Notes under the pieces: model-generated
Seen by the model: the letters and a program-made list of their open reading frames with translations, nothing else
Told to the model about the DNA's origin: nothing
Databases searched by the model: none
Source: Smithella sp.
GTDB taxonomy: Bacteria > Desulfobacterota > Syntrophia > Syntrophales > Smithellaceae
DNA: 64,000 bases
Reading direction: 5' to 3'
Assembly (NCBI GenBank): GCA_049517435.1
Contig: JBEKRZ010000003.1
Coordinates: forward strand, 2,453 to 66,452
Shown here: one piece after another, positions 9,883 through 18,349 of the stretch
How positions within the stretch are numbered: the stretch's first letter is position 1
Layout of the letters: each line of letters opens with the position of its first letter
Translations under genes and position numbers: made by a program

Positions 9883-12023
9883 AATCTCTGCCTTCCCATT
9901 TCAAGAATTATATTTTGTAATTGCAGCATGCTGAAAGGTTTCTTAAGTAGATAATCAGGTTTGCCCGTCATTATTCCTTCCGGTTTCCCGGCCAGAGGGT
10001 CGGATGAGTAAAAAATTACGGATAAAAGAGGAAAACGTTCTTTGATTTTTTTCACAAGCTCCCATCCGTTTATTGCCGGCAGATTTATTTCCGAAATGAA
10101 AGTGTCCACCTCGGGATGGGTCTCAAGATAAGAAATGACATCTTCGCAGGTATCTTCGAAACAGCAGCACCAATCAAATACGTCAACAAAACTCATTTTG
10201 ATCTCATTGAGATAAGAGGCGTCACCGTCACAGCAAAGTATTGCCGGACGAATATTTATCTGTGTTTTGGCATCAAGAGGAAGGTAGATGGAAAACCGGC
10301 TGCCTTTATTGGGGCGGGAAAGAACTCCTATTATTCCCCGATGCTCTTTGATGAGCCCATAAGATATGGAAAGCCCAAGACCAGTTCCTTCCCGATCCCG
10401 GCGAGTCGTAAAAAAAGGTTCAAAGACATGATCCAGCACTTCTTTTTCCATGCCGATTCCGTTGTCTTCAATTTCAATCAGAATCGCGTTCAATCTTTCA
10501 ATACTTCTGGCGGTAATAATTATTTTTCCTTTTCTGTCGGGCGTAATGGATTGATGCGCGTTAATCAGCAGATTGGCGATTACCTGTTCAATTTTTTGAA
10601 AATGTCCCTGAATGGTCGGCAGATTGCTGTCTATGTAAAGATCGATGCGGGAGACAGTTTTACGTACCTGAGCGCCTACAATAATTAATACTCCCTGAAT
10701 GACTTCCTCGATTTTAACCGGTTTTTTTTGTATTGTTTCATCCGCCCTGGCAAATTCTTTTAATCCCGTAATAACGCGCTTGATTCGTTGAGAAGCTATT
10801 TTGAACTCTTCAATGATTTCTTTCATATTTGTGCAGACTTCCACATAACCGATGCCCTTATCACCCCAATCCGGATTGGAGGCTCCGTCACTGGCCAAAA
10901 TCGGTTCAACGGCAGTCCACATTTCCTCCAGAAGAGTAATGTTGTTGGCAATAAAACTGACCGGATTGTTTATTTCGTGAGCGACTCCCGTCACAACTTC
11001 ACCCAGCGCTTTTAGTTTGTGGGATTGAATCATCTGCTGCAGACGGAGTTCCCCTTCCTGACGTATTCTTTTGTCCTCTGTGATATCCTGCCATGCTCCG
11101 ACCATATAACTTCGGGAGCGATTGCTTGGTTTAATCAAGCGGCGATGATCGGAAAACCAGCGATAAGAACTGTCGGCAGTCTGAAACCTGTATTCAAACT
11201 GGTGAGTTCCTTTGTGCGTGGCCGATTTTAACTCTTTGAGTATTTCTTTTTGTTCGTCAGGATGGATGTGCTCCTGCCAAAAAGTTGGATTATCCGTGAA
11301 TTGGGCGGGAGTGTATCCGGTAATTTCTTTGACGCGGTTGCTGACAAAAGTGATTGTTAAATTCTCATCGGCGTTGCAGGTATAGGAAACAATAGGAAGG
11401 AACTCGAGGATAAGGGACAAGTGATCTGTAGTTTCTTTCAGGGCTTTGTTGGTTTTCGCTAACTTTTGCGTGCGTTCTTTTACTTTAATTTCTAGCTCTT
11501 CATGAGCTTTTAATAACGCCTCTTCCGCCATTTTTGCCTGAGTTATATCTTCAAGCGTTTCTACTGCTCCAATAACGGCACCCTTGGAGTTTCGGATAAC
11601 GGCGGCGGTAAAGCGCAGCCATCGCCCCTTTTTTCCCAGTTCCGGAAAAAAATCGGTGGCCTCGTAAGCGCCGTCAATCAATTTTGACTTTATGAATTTA
11701 CCAGAATACCATCGGGGGATCTCTTTCTGATATTTATCGACAAGCAAATCGGCCATGCAGGGTCTTGCCGTTTTATAAAACGCCCTCCATTGCTGTCCGG
11801 TACCTACTACCTCTTCGGACTTGATTCCGCTTAGTTCTTCCAGAGCTTTATTCCAGTAGATAATCAGATGGTCCTTCCCGATTATAAACGCGGGAATAGG
11901 AGAGCTTCCAATAATGCTTTTCAGGGATTGCTGGCCGTTGCTGAAAACTTCCCGCACCCATACATTTTCGCTGTATTTGGGTTTCTTCTTTCTATCTTTG
12001 TGTTGGCAATCTTTATCTTTCAT
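9879..12023 (-). CDS. PAS-domain sensor histidine kinase with C-terminal receiver-like domain
   Basis: 714 aa. Two PAS-like regions, an H-box VTGVAHEINNPVSF, and ATPase N/G boxes (DNGIGM, GTGLGLSI). The C-terminal ~115 aa is receiver-like but has E in place of the phospho-Asp (DTFISEINLP). A 4-nt overlap with the response regulator gene suggests co-translation. Confidence 0.85.
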   Translation of the reverse strand: MKDKDCQHKDRKKKPKYSENVWVREVFSNGQQSLKSIIGSSPIPAFIIGKDHLIIYWNKALEELSGIKSEEVVGTGQQWRAFYKTARPCMADLLVDKYQKEIPRWYSGKFIKSKLIDGAYEATDFFPELGKKGRWLRFTAAVIRNSKGAVIGAVETLEDITQAKMAEEALLKAHEELEIKVKERTQKLAKTNKALKETTDHLSLILEFLPIVSYTCNADENLTITFVSNRVKEITGYTPAQFTDNPTFWQEHIHPDEQKEILKELKSATHKGTHQFEYRFQTADSSYRWFSDHRRLIKPSNRSRSYMVGAWQDITEDKRIRQEGELRLQQMIQSHKLKALGEVVTGVAHEINNPVSFIANNITLLEEMWTAVEPILASDGASNPDWGDKGIGYVEVCTNMKEIIEEFKIASQRIKRVITGLKEFARADETIQKKPVKIEEVIQGVLIIVGAQVRKTVSRIDLYIDSNLPTIQGHFQKIEQVIANLLINAHQSITPDRKGKIIITARSIERLNAILIEIEDNGIGMEKEVLDHVFEPFFTTRRDREGTGLGLSISYGLIKEHRGIIGVLSRPNKGSRFSIYLPLDAKTQINIRPAILCCDGDASYLNEIKMSFVDVFDWCCCFEDTCEDVISYLETHPEVDTFISEINLPAINGWELVKKIKERFPLLSVIFYSSDPLAGKPEGIMTGKPDYLLKKPFSMLQLQNIILEMGRQRL

Positions 12024-12144
12024 CTTCTATTACCCGAGAGAATTAAATATAATATTGCTTGGACAATTTTATGAAAAAACCTGTAATTCAGAAAGAGCCG
12101 GTTCCTGCGGGGAAGATGATCTTATATAAGAAATAACCATTATG

Positions 12145-12372
12145 ATACCATTTCGATTGGAAGTTGCCACCTGTTCGGCGTCACTTCCCGGTAGGGTAAA
12201 AAGTTATTATTGCGTGCCCCTTGGTTACGCACCCGGTCAAAGGATCAGCATCGGTAAGGAAAAGGCGATGAGGCGTATAACCTGAAGATCACGCTAGGTC
12301 ACGCGTTGCACATACGTTAAGGAAGCCGACAACGATGCCAACAAAAATAGTGCTTTGATTTAAAATTAGAAT
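12145..12372. mobile_element. M-family MITE-like element, long variant with degenerate termini
   Basis: Left end ATACCATTTCGATTGG; right end CTTTGATTTAAAATTAGAAT. The core GGCGATGAGGCGTAT...ATACGTTAAGGAAGCCGACAACGATGCCAACAAAAATAG is shared with 16086, 42094, 49433 and 63236. Confidence 0.6.
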
Positions 12373-12503
12373 AACATAAATTATTCTTATCTACAAATAA
12401 TAGTTATAACTTTTTTAAATTTTAAGAAAAGCCCCGGACTTTTTTGCATATATATAGGTTGAAACTACCGCAAAAGAGGAATATAAAACTTCTTTGAAAC
12501 CTT

Positions 12504-13400
12504 ATGCATTCAACAACAAATAAAATTGTTTTTAAAGATGCGGCAACCGTCATTTTAGTCCGGTCATCAAAGGTCAATGACGGGGAAGTATTTTTGGCAC
12601 GGCGTCACCAGAAGCAATCCTTCATGGCTGGGGCGTATGTGTTTCCCGGTGGACAAGTCGAAGAATCCGACAGTGATCCTCATCTCAAAAAATACATTAA
12701 GACCGCTGATATCTTTGATCCGTGCCGATTACTGCAGGATAGCAGTTTGCCCATAGAAAAAGCACGGGGGTTTTTTATCGCTGCCATCAGGGAAACTTTC
12801 GAAGAGGCCGGTATTCTTTTAGGCGGCAAAACCATCGGAAATTATGTTTCGTTTCATGACGAAAAAGTTCTTAAAAGATTTAATGACTACCGGCATCAGC
12901 TTAACACCTCTCAAAATACACTGGCGGGGATTGCTCAAAAAGAAGAAATTTCATTTTTCCCTGACGCTCTGGTTCCTTACGCTCACTGGATCACACCGGA
13001 ATTTGAAAAAAAGAGATTTAACACCCTCTTTTTTCTGGCCAAGTTGCCGCCCCGCCAAATGCCTGTTGCCGATGCGGCAGAGCTTACGGAATCTCTCTGG
13101 GTAACGCCGCAAAAAGCACTGGAAATGCATCGCAAGAAAAAAATTATTTTAATGCCGCCCACATTTAAAACGATAGAAGAACTGTCCGCTTTTAGAGATA
13201 TTGATGAGCTTTTCTCCGCGGCTAAAATAAAAATCATCTATCCTATTCTGCCGCAATTGGCAGGGAACATCCTTAAGCTGCCGCACGATCCCGAATACAG
13301 TATTGATGCGTATAAAAGGCCGGTTAATTTAAGCGAACCTTCCCGAATATTAGTTGAAAGAGGTGTGTGGAAAACATCTTTCTATAAAGAACAGCCCTAA
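12504..13400 (+). CDS. NUDIX-family hydrolase
   Basis: 298 aa. Nudix-box elements GGQVEE ... IRETFEEAGILL with an insertion between them. Confidence 0.7.
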   Translation: MHSTTNKIVFKDAATVILVRSSKVNDGEVFLARRHQKQSFMAGAYVFPGGQVEESDSDPHLKKYIKTADIFDPCRLLQDSSLPIEKARGFFIAAIRETFEEAGILLGGKTIGNYVSFHDEKVLKRFNDYRHQLNTSQNTLAGIAQKEEISFFPDALVPYAHWITPEFEKKRFNTLFFLAKLPPRQMPVADAAELTESLWVTPQKALEMHRKKKIILMPPTFKTIEELSAFRDIDELFSAAKIKIIYPILPQLAGNILKLPHDPEYSIDAYKRPVNLSEPSRILVERGVWKTSFYKEQP

Positions 13401-13455
13401 ATCTTATATTAAAAAGATTCAGGGCTGATTAAAATATCACAAATTAAATTCGCGG

Positions 13456-14031
13456 CTAGAATTTAACCTTGACTGCTTCTTTCGCTTCTTTTGGCGCGTC
13501 AAAGAATGCTGCTTCTTTAAAACCAAACATGCCGGCAAGCAAATTAGCCGGGAATGATTTAATTGTCTGATTATAAATTTTTACAGCTTCATTGTACCTC
13601 ATTCTTTCCACGGCGATTCTGTTTTCCGTCCCCGCCAGTTCGTCCTGCAGGTGCATGAAATTTTGGTTGGATTTCAAATCAGGGTATTTTTCTACAACCA
13701 CCATCAGTCTGCTCAGAGCGCCGGACAATTCGTTATTAGCATTAATTTTATCAGGAACATTTCCCGCGCCACCAACTTTAGCACGGGCGTTGGTCACTTC
13801 CACCATAACATCTTTTTCTTGTTTGGCGTAACCCTTGACAGTTTCCACCAGATTGGGAATCAAATCGAAACGCCGTTGTAATTGATTTTCCACCTGCGCC
13901 CACGAAGTTTTAACTGTCTGATCCAAATTGACAAATTTATTGTAGTTGCCCGCGAAAAAAGAATAAGCGGCGATAGCCAGAAAAACAATTACTGCCAGCA
14001 CAATGATTAAAGTTTTCTTTTTTGAATCCAT
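13456..14031 (-). CDS. lemA: LemA family protein
   Basis: 191 aa. N-terminal TM anchor followed by LemA-typical WAQVENQLQRRFDLIPNLVETVKGYA. Confidence 0.85.
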   Translation of the reverse strand: MDSKKKTLIIVLAVIVFLAIAAYSFFAGNYNKFVNLDQTVKTSWAQVENQLQRRFDLIPNLVETVKGYAKQEKDVMVEVTNARAKVGGAGNVPDKINANNELSGALSRLMVVVEKYPDLKSNQNFMHLQDELAGTENRIAVERMRYNEAVKIYNQTIKSFPANLLAGMFGFKEAAFFDAPKEAKEAVKVKF

Positions 14032-14057
14032 TTTTTTCTTTCCTCCTGCATTATTTT

Positions 14058-14195
14058 AAATTTATAATGAGACTTAATTTTTACAATCCCGCAGGATTGC
14101 GGGAGAAGTAAAAATTTTTAGTCGAATTATCCCGATACCAAAGCGTATCGGGATTAAATTCCAAATATGGTCTTAGGTTTTGCCCAAGAGTAATG
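14058..14195 (+). repeat. H-family modular hairpin element, copy R3 (degenerate termini)
   Basis: Starts AAATTTATAATGAGACTT. Contains hairpins TCCCGCA-GGAT-TGCGGGA and AATTATCCCGATAC-CAAAGC-GTATCGGGAT. Ends TTCCAAATATGGTCTTAGGTTTTGCCCAAGAG. Confidence 0.6.
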
Positions 14196-14207
14196 CCTTT
14201 TTACAAT

Positions 14208-14942
14208 TTATAATTCGTCAACTATGTTGCAAATCTTTTCGACTTCGTACAGATATTTTTTGAAGACACCAGCGACTTCTTCGCCAGAGAGCTTATCCAC
14301 ACCTTCTTTAATGTCGGCACAAGATAAGAATACTTCTGCGTCAACCGCAAAAAGTTTAGCCACTTCTTTTATTGTATCGCGTCTCTTATGCGGCGCCGAT
14401 CCCTGCTTTAAATAAAGCAGGGCATTGAAGATGGAAATAAAAGCCGTAAATGACCGGGTGATCAGCTGTTTCAATTGCCGCGAGTTACCTTCCGTTTCCA
14501 GATAACCCTGGCGGAGCAAAATCAGTTTGCCCTTCAGTTCCTTTTCAATTTGCAGACGTAAATCTTCCGGTTTAAAATTTAATTGTTCCAAAATATTTTC
14601 GCCATAAATTAAAATGTGGCGGTTTTTCATATTCAAAAACTCTATCGGATAACAATCCAGAGAAGACTCAATAAATGCCTTTGTCATTACCAGAGGCACG
14701 GCCACACGGCACTTTTTCCAATGTTTAACTGTGGCCAAAGAATCTTCCAGCCTGTTGATCGCTTCCGGTGTCAGAACAACGAGCAGGTTAATGTCCGATT
14801 TTCCTTTTACATAAGAACCACCGGCAGCGCTCCCGTAAAGAATAAGAGAAATCAACTCCTTGCCGAATATTTTCTGATAGTCTTGAGTTAAAGGAACAAA
14901 AACATCTTCTGGTTTATTTGGTATTTTTGCCATTTCATACAC
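14208..14942 (-). CDS. Nucleotidyltransferase-domain protein (Pol-beta superfamily)
   Basis: 244 aa. The minimal NTase motif YGSAAGGSYVKGKSDINLLVV is followed by a helical C-terminal domain. The real start may be ATG at 14933 (MAKIPNK). Confidence 0.65.
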   Translation of the reverse strand: MYEMAKIPNKPEDVFVPLTQDYQKIFGKELISLILYGSAAGGSYVKGKSDINLLVVLTPEAINRLEDSLATVKHWKKCRVAVPLVMTKAFIESSLDCYPIEFLNMKNRHILIYGENILEQLNFKPEDLRLQIEKELKGKLILLRQGYLETEGNSRQLKQLITRSFTAFISIFNALLYLKQGSAPHKRRDTIKEVAKLFAVDAEVFLSCADIKEGVDKLSGEEVAGVFKKYLYEVEKICNIVDEL

Positions 14943-14956
14943 CCGATTAATTTATT

Positions 14957-15063
14957 GTTGAAACTCTAATTCTAATGAAACTCAGATATTACAAACGTAG
15001 TGCAGTAATATCTGCAAATTGAATTATCCCACGTGTGAAGCTAAGGGGGACTATACCTGTGAT
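14957..15063 (+). repeat. H-family modular hairpin element, copy R4 (shortest, both termini)
   Basis: GTTGAAACTCTAATTC ... hairpin CAGATATTAC-N13-GTAATATCTG ... AATTATCCC ... GGGGGACTATACCTGTGATT. The 3' end abuts the TPM gene stop codon. Confidence 0.7.
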
Positions 15064-15851
15064 TAAAAATCTCCCCCGGCGCCGCCGCCGCCGCTCATGC
15101 CGCCACCAAAACCACCAAATCCTCCGCCGAAACCGCCGCCATCACCTTTACCACCGCCACGGCCGCCGCTCAATAACAGAAGCAATATCCAAGGAAGCAT
15201 TGATCTGCCTGTTCTTGTGCCTAAAAGCAAAGCAGCCGCAATCAGAAAAAAAATGATTTGAAAAACGTTAATGCTTTTTTGCTTGACCCGGGCATTGGTC
15301 CGGTATGGCGCGGGCGAACCACTCAACTGAACACCGGCATCTTTGGCAATAATAGAGCTAAGAACATACACCGTATCATAAAAAGCCTGACCATAATTAC
15401 CTGCCTGGAGTTGCGGTTTTAGATATTTGTCTCTAATTTCGCCGACTAAACCATCCGGCAATATACCCTCTACGCCGTAACCGGTTTCAATCCTGATTTT
15501 GCGTTCCTTAAGCGTCAAAAATACTAAAACGCCCTTGTCTTCGCCTTTTTTGCTGATACCCCACGCCTTATAAAGGCCATTGACATAAAGACTGGTTTCT
15601 TCCCCTTCTCCGATAGTAGGGACCGTTACCACAACAACCGCCGTGCCTGTTTTTTCTAAGACTTCACGCGACAGGGCTTCAATTTTAGCGGCGTTATCCT
15701 GATCAATGATATTGGCAAAATCATTGACGGCGCCACGCGGCAAAGGGTACTTATCGGCTGCAAATATGGCATTGGTTATCAGCGCCATAAACAGCGCGAC
15801 GGCCAGAGCCAGTATTATTTTATATCTATTGCTTAAAGATTTATTTTTCAC
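15063..15851 (-). CDS. TPM-domain (YgcG-like) membrane protein with Gly-rich tail
   Basis: 262 aa. Signal/anchor, then a TPM-like region (VNDFANII...VVVVTVPTIG...GVLVFLTLKERKIRIETGYG), a TM helix, and a GGGFGGGFGGFGGG tail. Confidence 0.8.
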   Translation of the reverse strand: MKNKSLSNRYKIILALAVALFMALITNAIFAADKYPLPRGAVNDFANIIDQDNAAKIEALSREVLEKTGTAVVVVTVPTIGEGEETSLYVNGLYKAWGISKKGEDKGVLVFLTLKERKIRIETGYGVEGILPDGLVGEIRDKYLKPQLQAGNYGQAFYDTVYVLSSIIAKDAGVQLSGSPAPYRTNARVKQKSINVFQIIFFLIAAALLLGTRTGRSMLPWILLLLLSGGRGGGKGDGGGFGGGFGGFGGGMSGGGGAGGDF

Positions 15852-16085
15852 AAATTACCAGAAGACTTTATTAATTCTACATTAATCTTTTCAACTATGG
15901 TGCAAATATAACAATCTATTTAGAAAAAGCAAGACACTGACAAAAACATTACTCAATACTGATGACCTTGTTGGCTTTATGCATTATTTCAAATACTTCT
16001 GGCCGAAACATGATAATCTTAGCTATCATGCGAGGTGACTATTACGTAAAGAATGCCACCTGTCAAGCGGCAAATAAGAACTGTA

Positions 16086-16277
16086 ATACCAATTCGATTT
16101 CTTTGGCTAACTTTGTTGGCGTCGTTGTCGGCTTCCTCAACGTATTACCAATACGCCTCGTCGCCTCCGCCTAGCCCCACTCAAGAGGGACAGTTTAACT
16201 AACGAATTACAGATTACTGCGTAACTGTAATTCGAGTTTCACTGCCGCCTCGTTATCCTTTGAAATCGGAATGGTAT
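16086..16277. mobile_element. M-family MITE-like element, full copy
   Basis: The termini ATACCAATTCGATTTCTTTGG and CCTTTGAAATCGGAATGGTAT are inverted repeats. The core is GTTGGCGTCGTTGTCGGCTTCCTCAACGTATTACCAATACGCCTCGTCGCCTCCGCCTAGCC. Confidence 0.7.
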
Positions 16278-16331
16278 AAAATTGGCCTTGCGCAGGCAAC
16301 AATTAGATACTAAAGAAATATCAAAATCCTT

Positions 16332-17873
16332 TTGTGCAGAAAACCTATGTCACTAAAAATAATTTTGATCCATCCGCCGATTGCCAAATGTTCTGAACCG
16401 CCAGCGGGCATCGCCAAATTATCCGCCTGTCTGAATGCGAATAAAATTTACCATAAAGTTATTGACGCCAATCTGGAAGGCATCCTCTACCTGCTTAAGC
16501 ATGTTTCCAATAACAATACAACCACCGATAGATGGACAACACGTGCCGTAAAAAATCTAGAACGCAATCTTGTTGCTCTGCAAGACATCGCCACCTACAA
16601 AAGTCCAAGCCGCTACCAACGGGCAGTTATGGATATTAATCATCTTTTAAAGGTGGCGGGTAAATCATTGGGAGTTGATCTATCGCTTGCCGATTATCAC
16701 GATCTATGTCTATCCCCGATAAAGAGTACCGACTTAATATCCGCGGCCGAAAAACCGCGGGCTAATCCTTTCTATCCTTACTTTCAACATCGCCTGATTA
16801 ATGCGCTGGAAGAAAATCCGGATTTTGTCGGTTTTTCTTTAAATTACCTCAGCCAGGCGCTTTGTACTTTTGCCATGATCGGTTTCGTCAAGCAACTTCA
16901 GCCGCGACAAAAAATTATATTAGGCGGATCGCTGGTTACTTCCTGGATTAGACTCGGCACAGATAGGAATATTTTTCATGGGCTTGTGGATGAAATGATT
17001 GCAGGTGCGGGAGAACAAAAATTATTGGAGCTTCTAGGCGTTGAAGACGACTCGACCACCCACCCACCTGATTACAATTGTTTTCCACTTGATCAATATT
17101 TATCGCCTGGTCTGATCCTTCCCTACAGCAGCGCGCGTGGCTGTTACTGGCACAAATGCGCTTTTTGCCCGGAAAAAGCGGAAGGCAATGCTTATTTGCC
17201 TCTTGAGATTTCTCAGGTCACACAAGATTTGCAAATCTTAACAAGGCAGATGAATCCCACACTGATTCATATTCTGGATAGCTCTATTTCTCCGTCACTG
17301 CTCAACGCTCTGGCGCAAACGCCACCAGGCGTTCCCTGGTATGGTTTTACCCGGATCACTCAACATTTAACTGATGAAGATTTTTGTTTTTCCTTAAAAC
17401 GTAGCGGCTGTGCCATGCTCAAACTGGGAATTGAATCCGGCGATCAAGAAGTGCTTGATCAACTGAACAAAGGAATAGATTTGCCGACAGCGTCAGCTGT
17501 TTTAAAAACGCTGAAAAAAGCAGGCATTGCCACTTATTGCTATTTTCTGTTCGGCACACCACCGGAAAATCAGGAAAGCGCAGCAAAGACGATGGATTTT
17601 GTTTGTCAGCATCATGATTGCATTGATTTTTTAAATCTGGCAATTTTTAATTTGCCGTCTCAGAGCGTTGAAGCGCAAAGCCTGGCGACGCATGATTTTT
17701 ATGAAGGCGATTTGTCTTTGTACAAAAACTTTCAGCACCCCTTTGGCTGGCAGAGACCTGCCGTGCGCAATTTTTTAGAGAAGACTTTTAAAAAGCATCC
17801 GGCAATAGCTCCAATACTCCGACGCACACCGGAATTTTTCACCTCCAACCACGCACCGTTTTTTTGTTCGTGA
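16332..17873 (+). CDS. B12-binding-domain radical SAM protein
   Basis: 513 aa; the likely true start is ATG at 16347 (MSLKIILIHPP). Radical SAM cluster motif CYWHKCAFC (CX3CX2C). Confidence 0.85.
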   Translation: MCRKPMSLKIILIHPPIAKCSEPPAGIAKLSACLNANKIYHKVIDANLEGILYLLKHVSNNNTTTDRWTTRAVKNLERNLVALQDIATYKSPSRYQRAVMDINHLLKVAGKSLGVDLSLADYHDLCLSPIKSTDLISAAEKPRANPFYPYFQHRLINALEENPDFVGFSLNYLSQALCTFAMIGFVKQLQPRQKIILGGSLVTSWIRLGTDRNIFHGLVDEMIAGAGEQKLLELLGVEDDSTTHPPDYNCFPLDQYLSPGLILPYSSARGCYWHKCAFCPEKAEGNAYLPLEISQVTQDLQILTRQMNPTLIHILDSSISPSLLNALAQTPPGVPWYGFTRITQHLTDEDFCFSLKRSGCAMLKLGIESGDQEVLDQLNKGIDLPTASAVLKTLKKAGIATYCYFLFGTPPENQESAAKTMDFVCQHHDCIDFLNLAIFNLPSQSVEAQSLATHDFYEGDLSLYKNFQHPFGWQRPAVRNFLEKTFKKHPAIAPILRRTPEFFTSNHAPFFCS

Positions 17874-18159
17874 AACTACAATTTAATGAGACTCGCTGAC
17901 TATAGGAAGCGTTAGTTGTAGTGAGACTCAAATTTCATAAGCGCAGCAGAATGAAATTTGTAAGTCGAACTAATGACACTTGCTAAGAACGAGCATAGCG
18001 AAGTTCGAAGCACAAGTGGAATTATCATGCATGCAAAGCATACAGTGGTATCCAATAGCCAAAGGCTATTGGAAATTATCCCGCATAAGCGGGGTATGAT
18101 ACCCAACAGCTTGCCGAGAAATGTTTCCAAAGTTTGCTTTTGGTTTCATACCCGTGATT
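17871..18159 (+). repeat. H-family modular hairpin element, copy R5 (longest, both termini)
   Basis: Begins at the rSAM stop codon (TGAAACTACAATTTAATGAGACTCGCTGACTATAGGAAG). Carries at least 5 hairpin modules. Ends TTTCCAAAGTTTGCTTTTGGTTTCATACCCGTGATT. Confidence 0.8.
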
Positions 18160-18349
18160 GATAATAAGCAATAATATTATGATTACAATATTTGTTACAC
18201 CTACAGAGTTTCGGGAGTAGGCAGTTATCCGAATTGAGGATTACCATTTTAATTGTGGTATCCGACATAATCTAATGAGACAAGTAAGGACTTGCCCTGC
18301 ATTTGTAATGGCAGTGCGATCTGGAAACGCTGGGGTGTCAAGCGGAACT

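Noticed and set aside
12160-12300. Structured-looking GC-rich stretch (GGAAGT..ACTTCC, GCGTG..CGCAC hairpins) considered as a riboswitch or sRNA upstream of the Nudix gene
   Set aside because: It lies inside the boundaries of an M-family element, as variant internal sequence. It is more than 200 nt and an AT-rich promoter region away from the gene, and I recognised no known motif.
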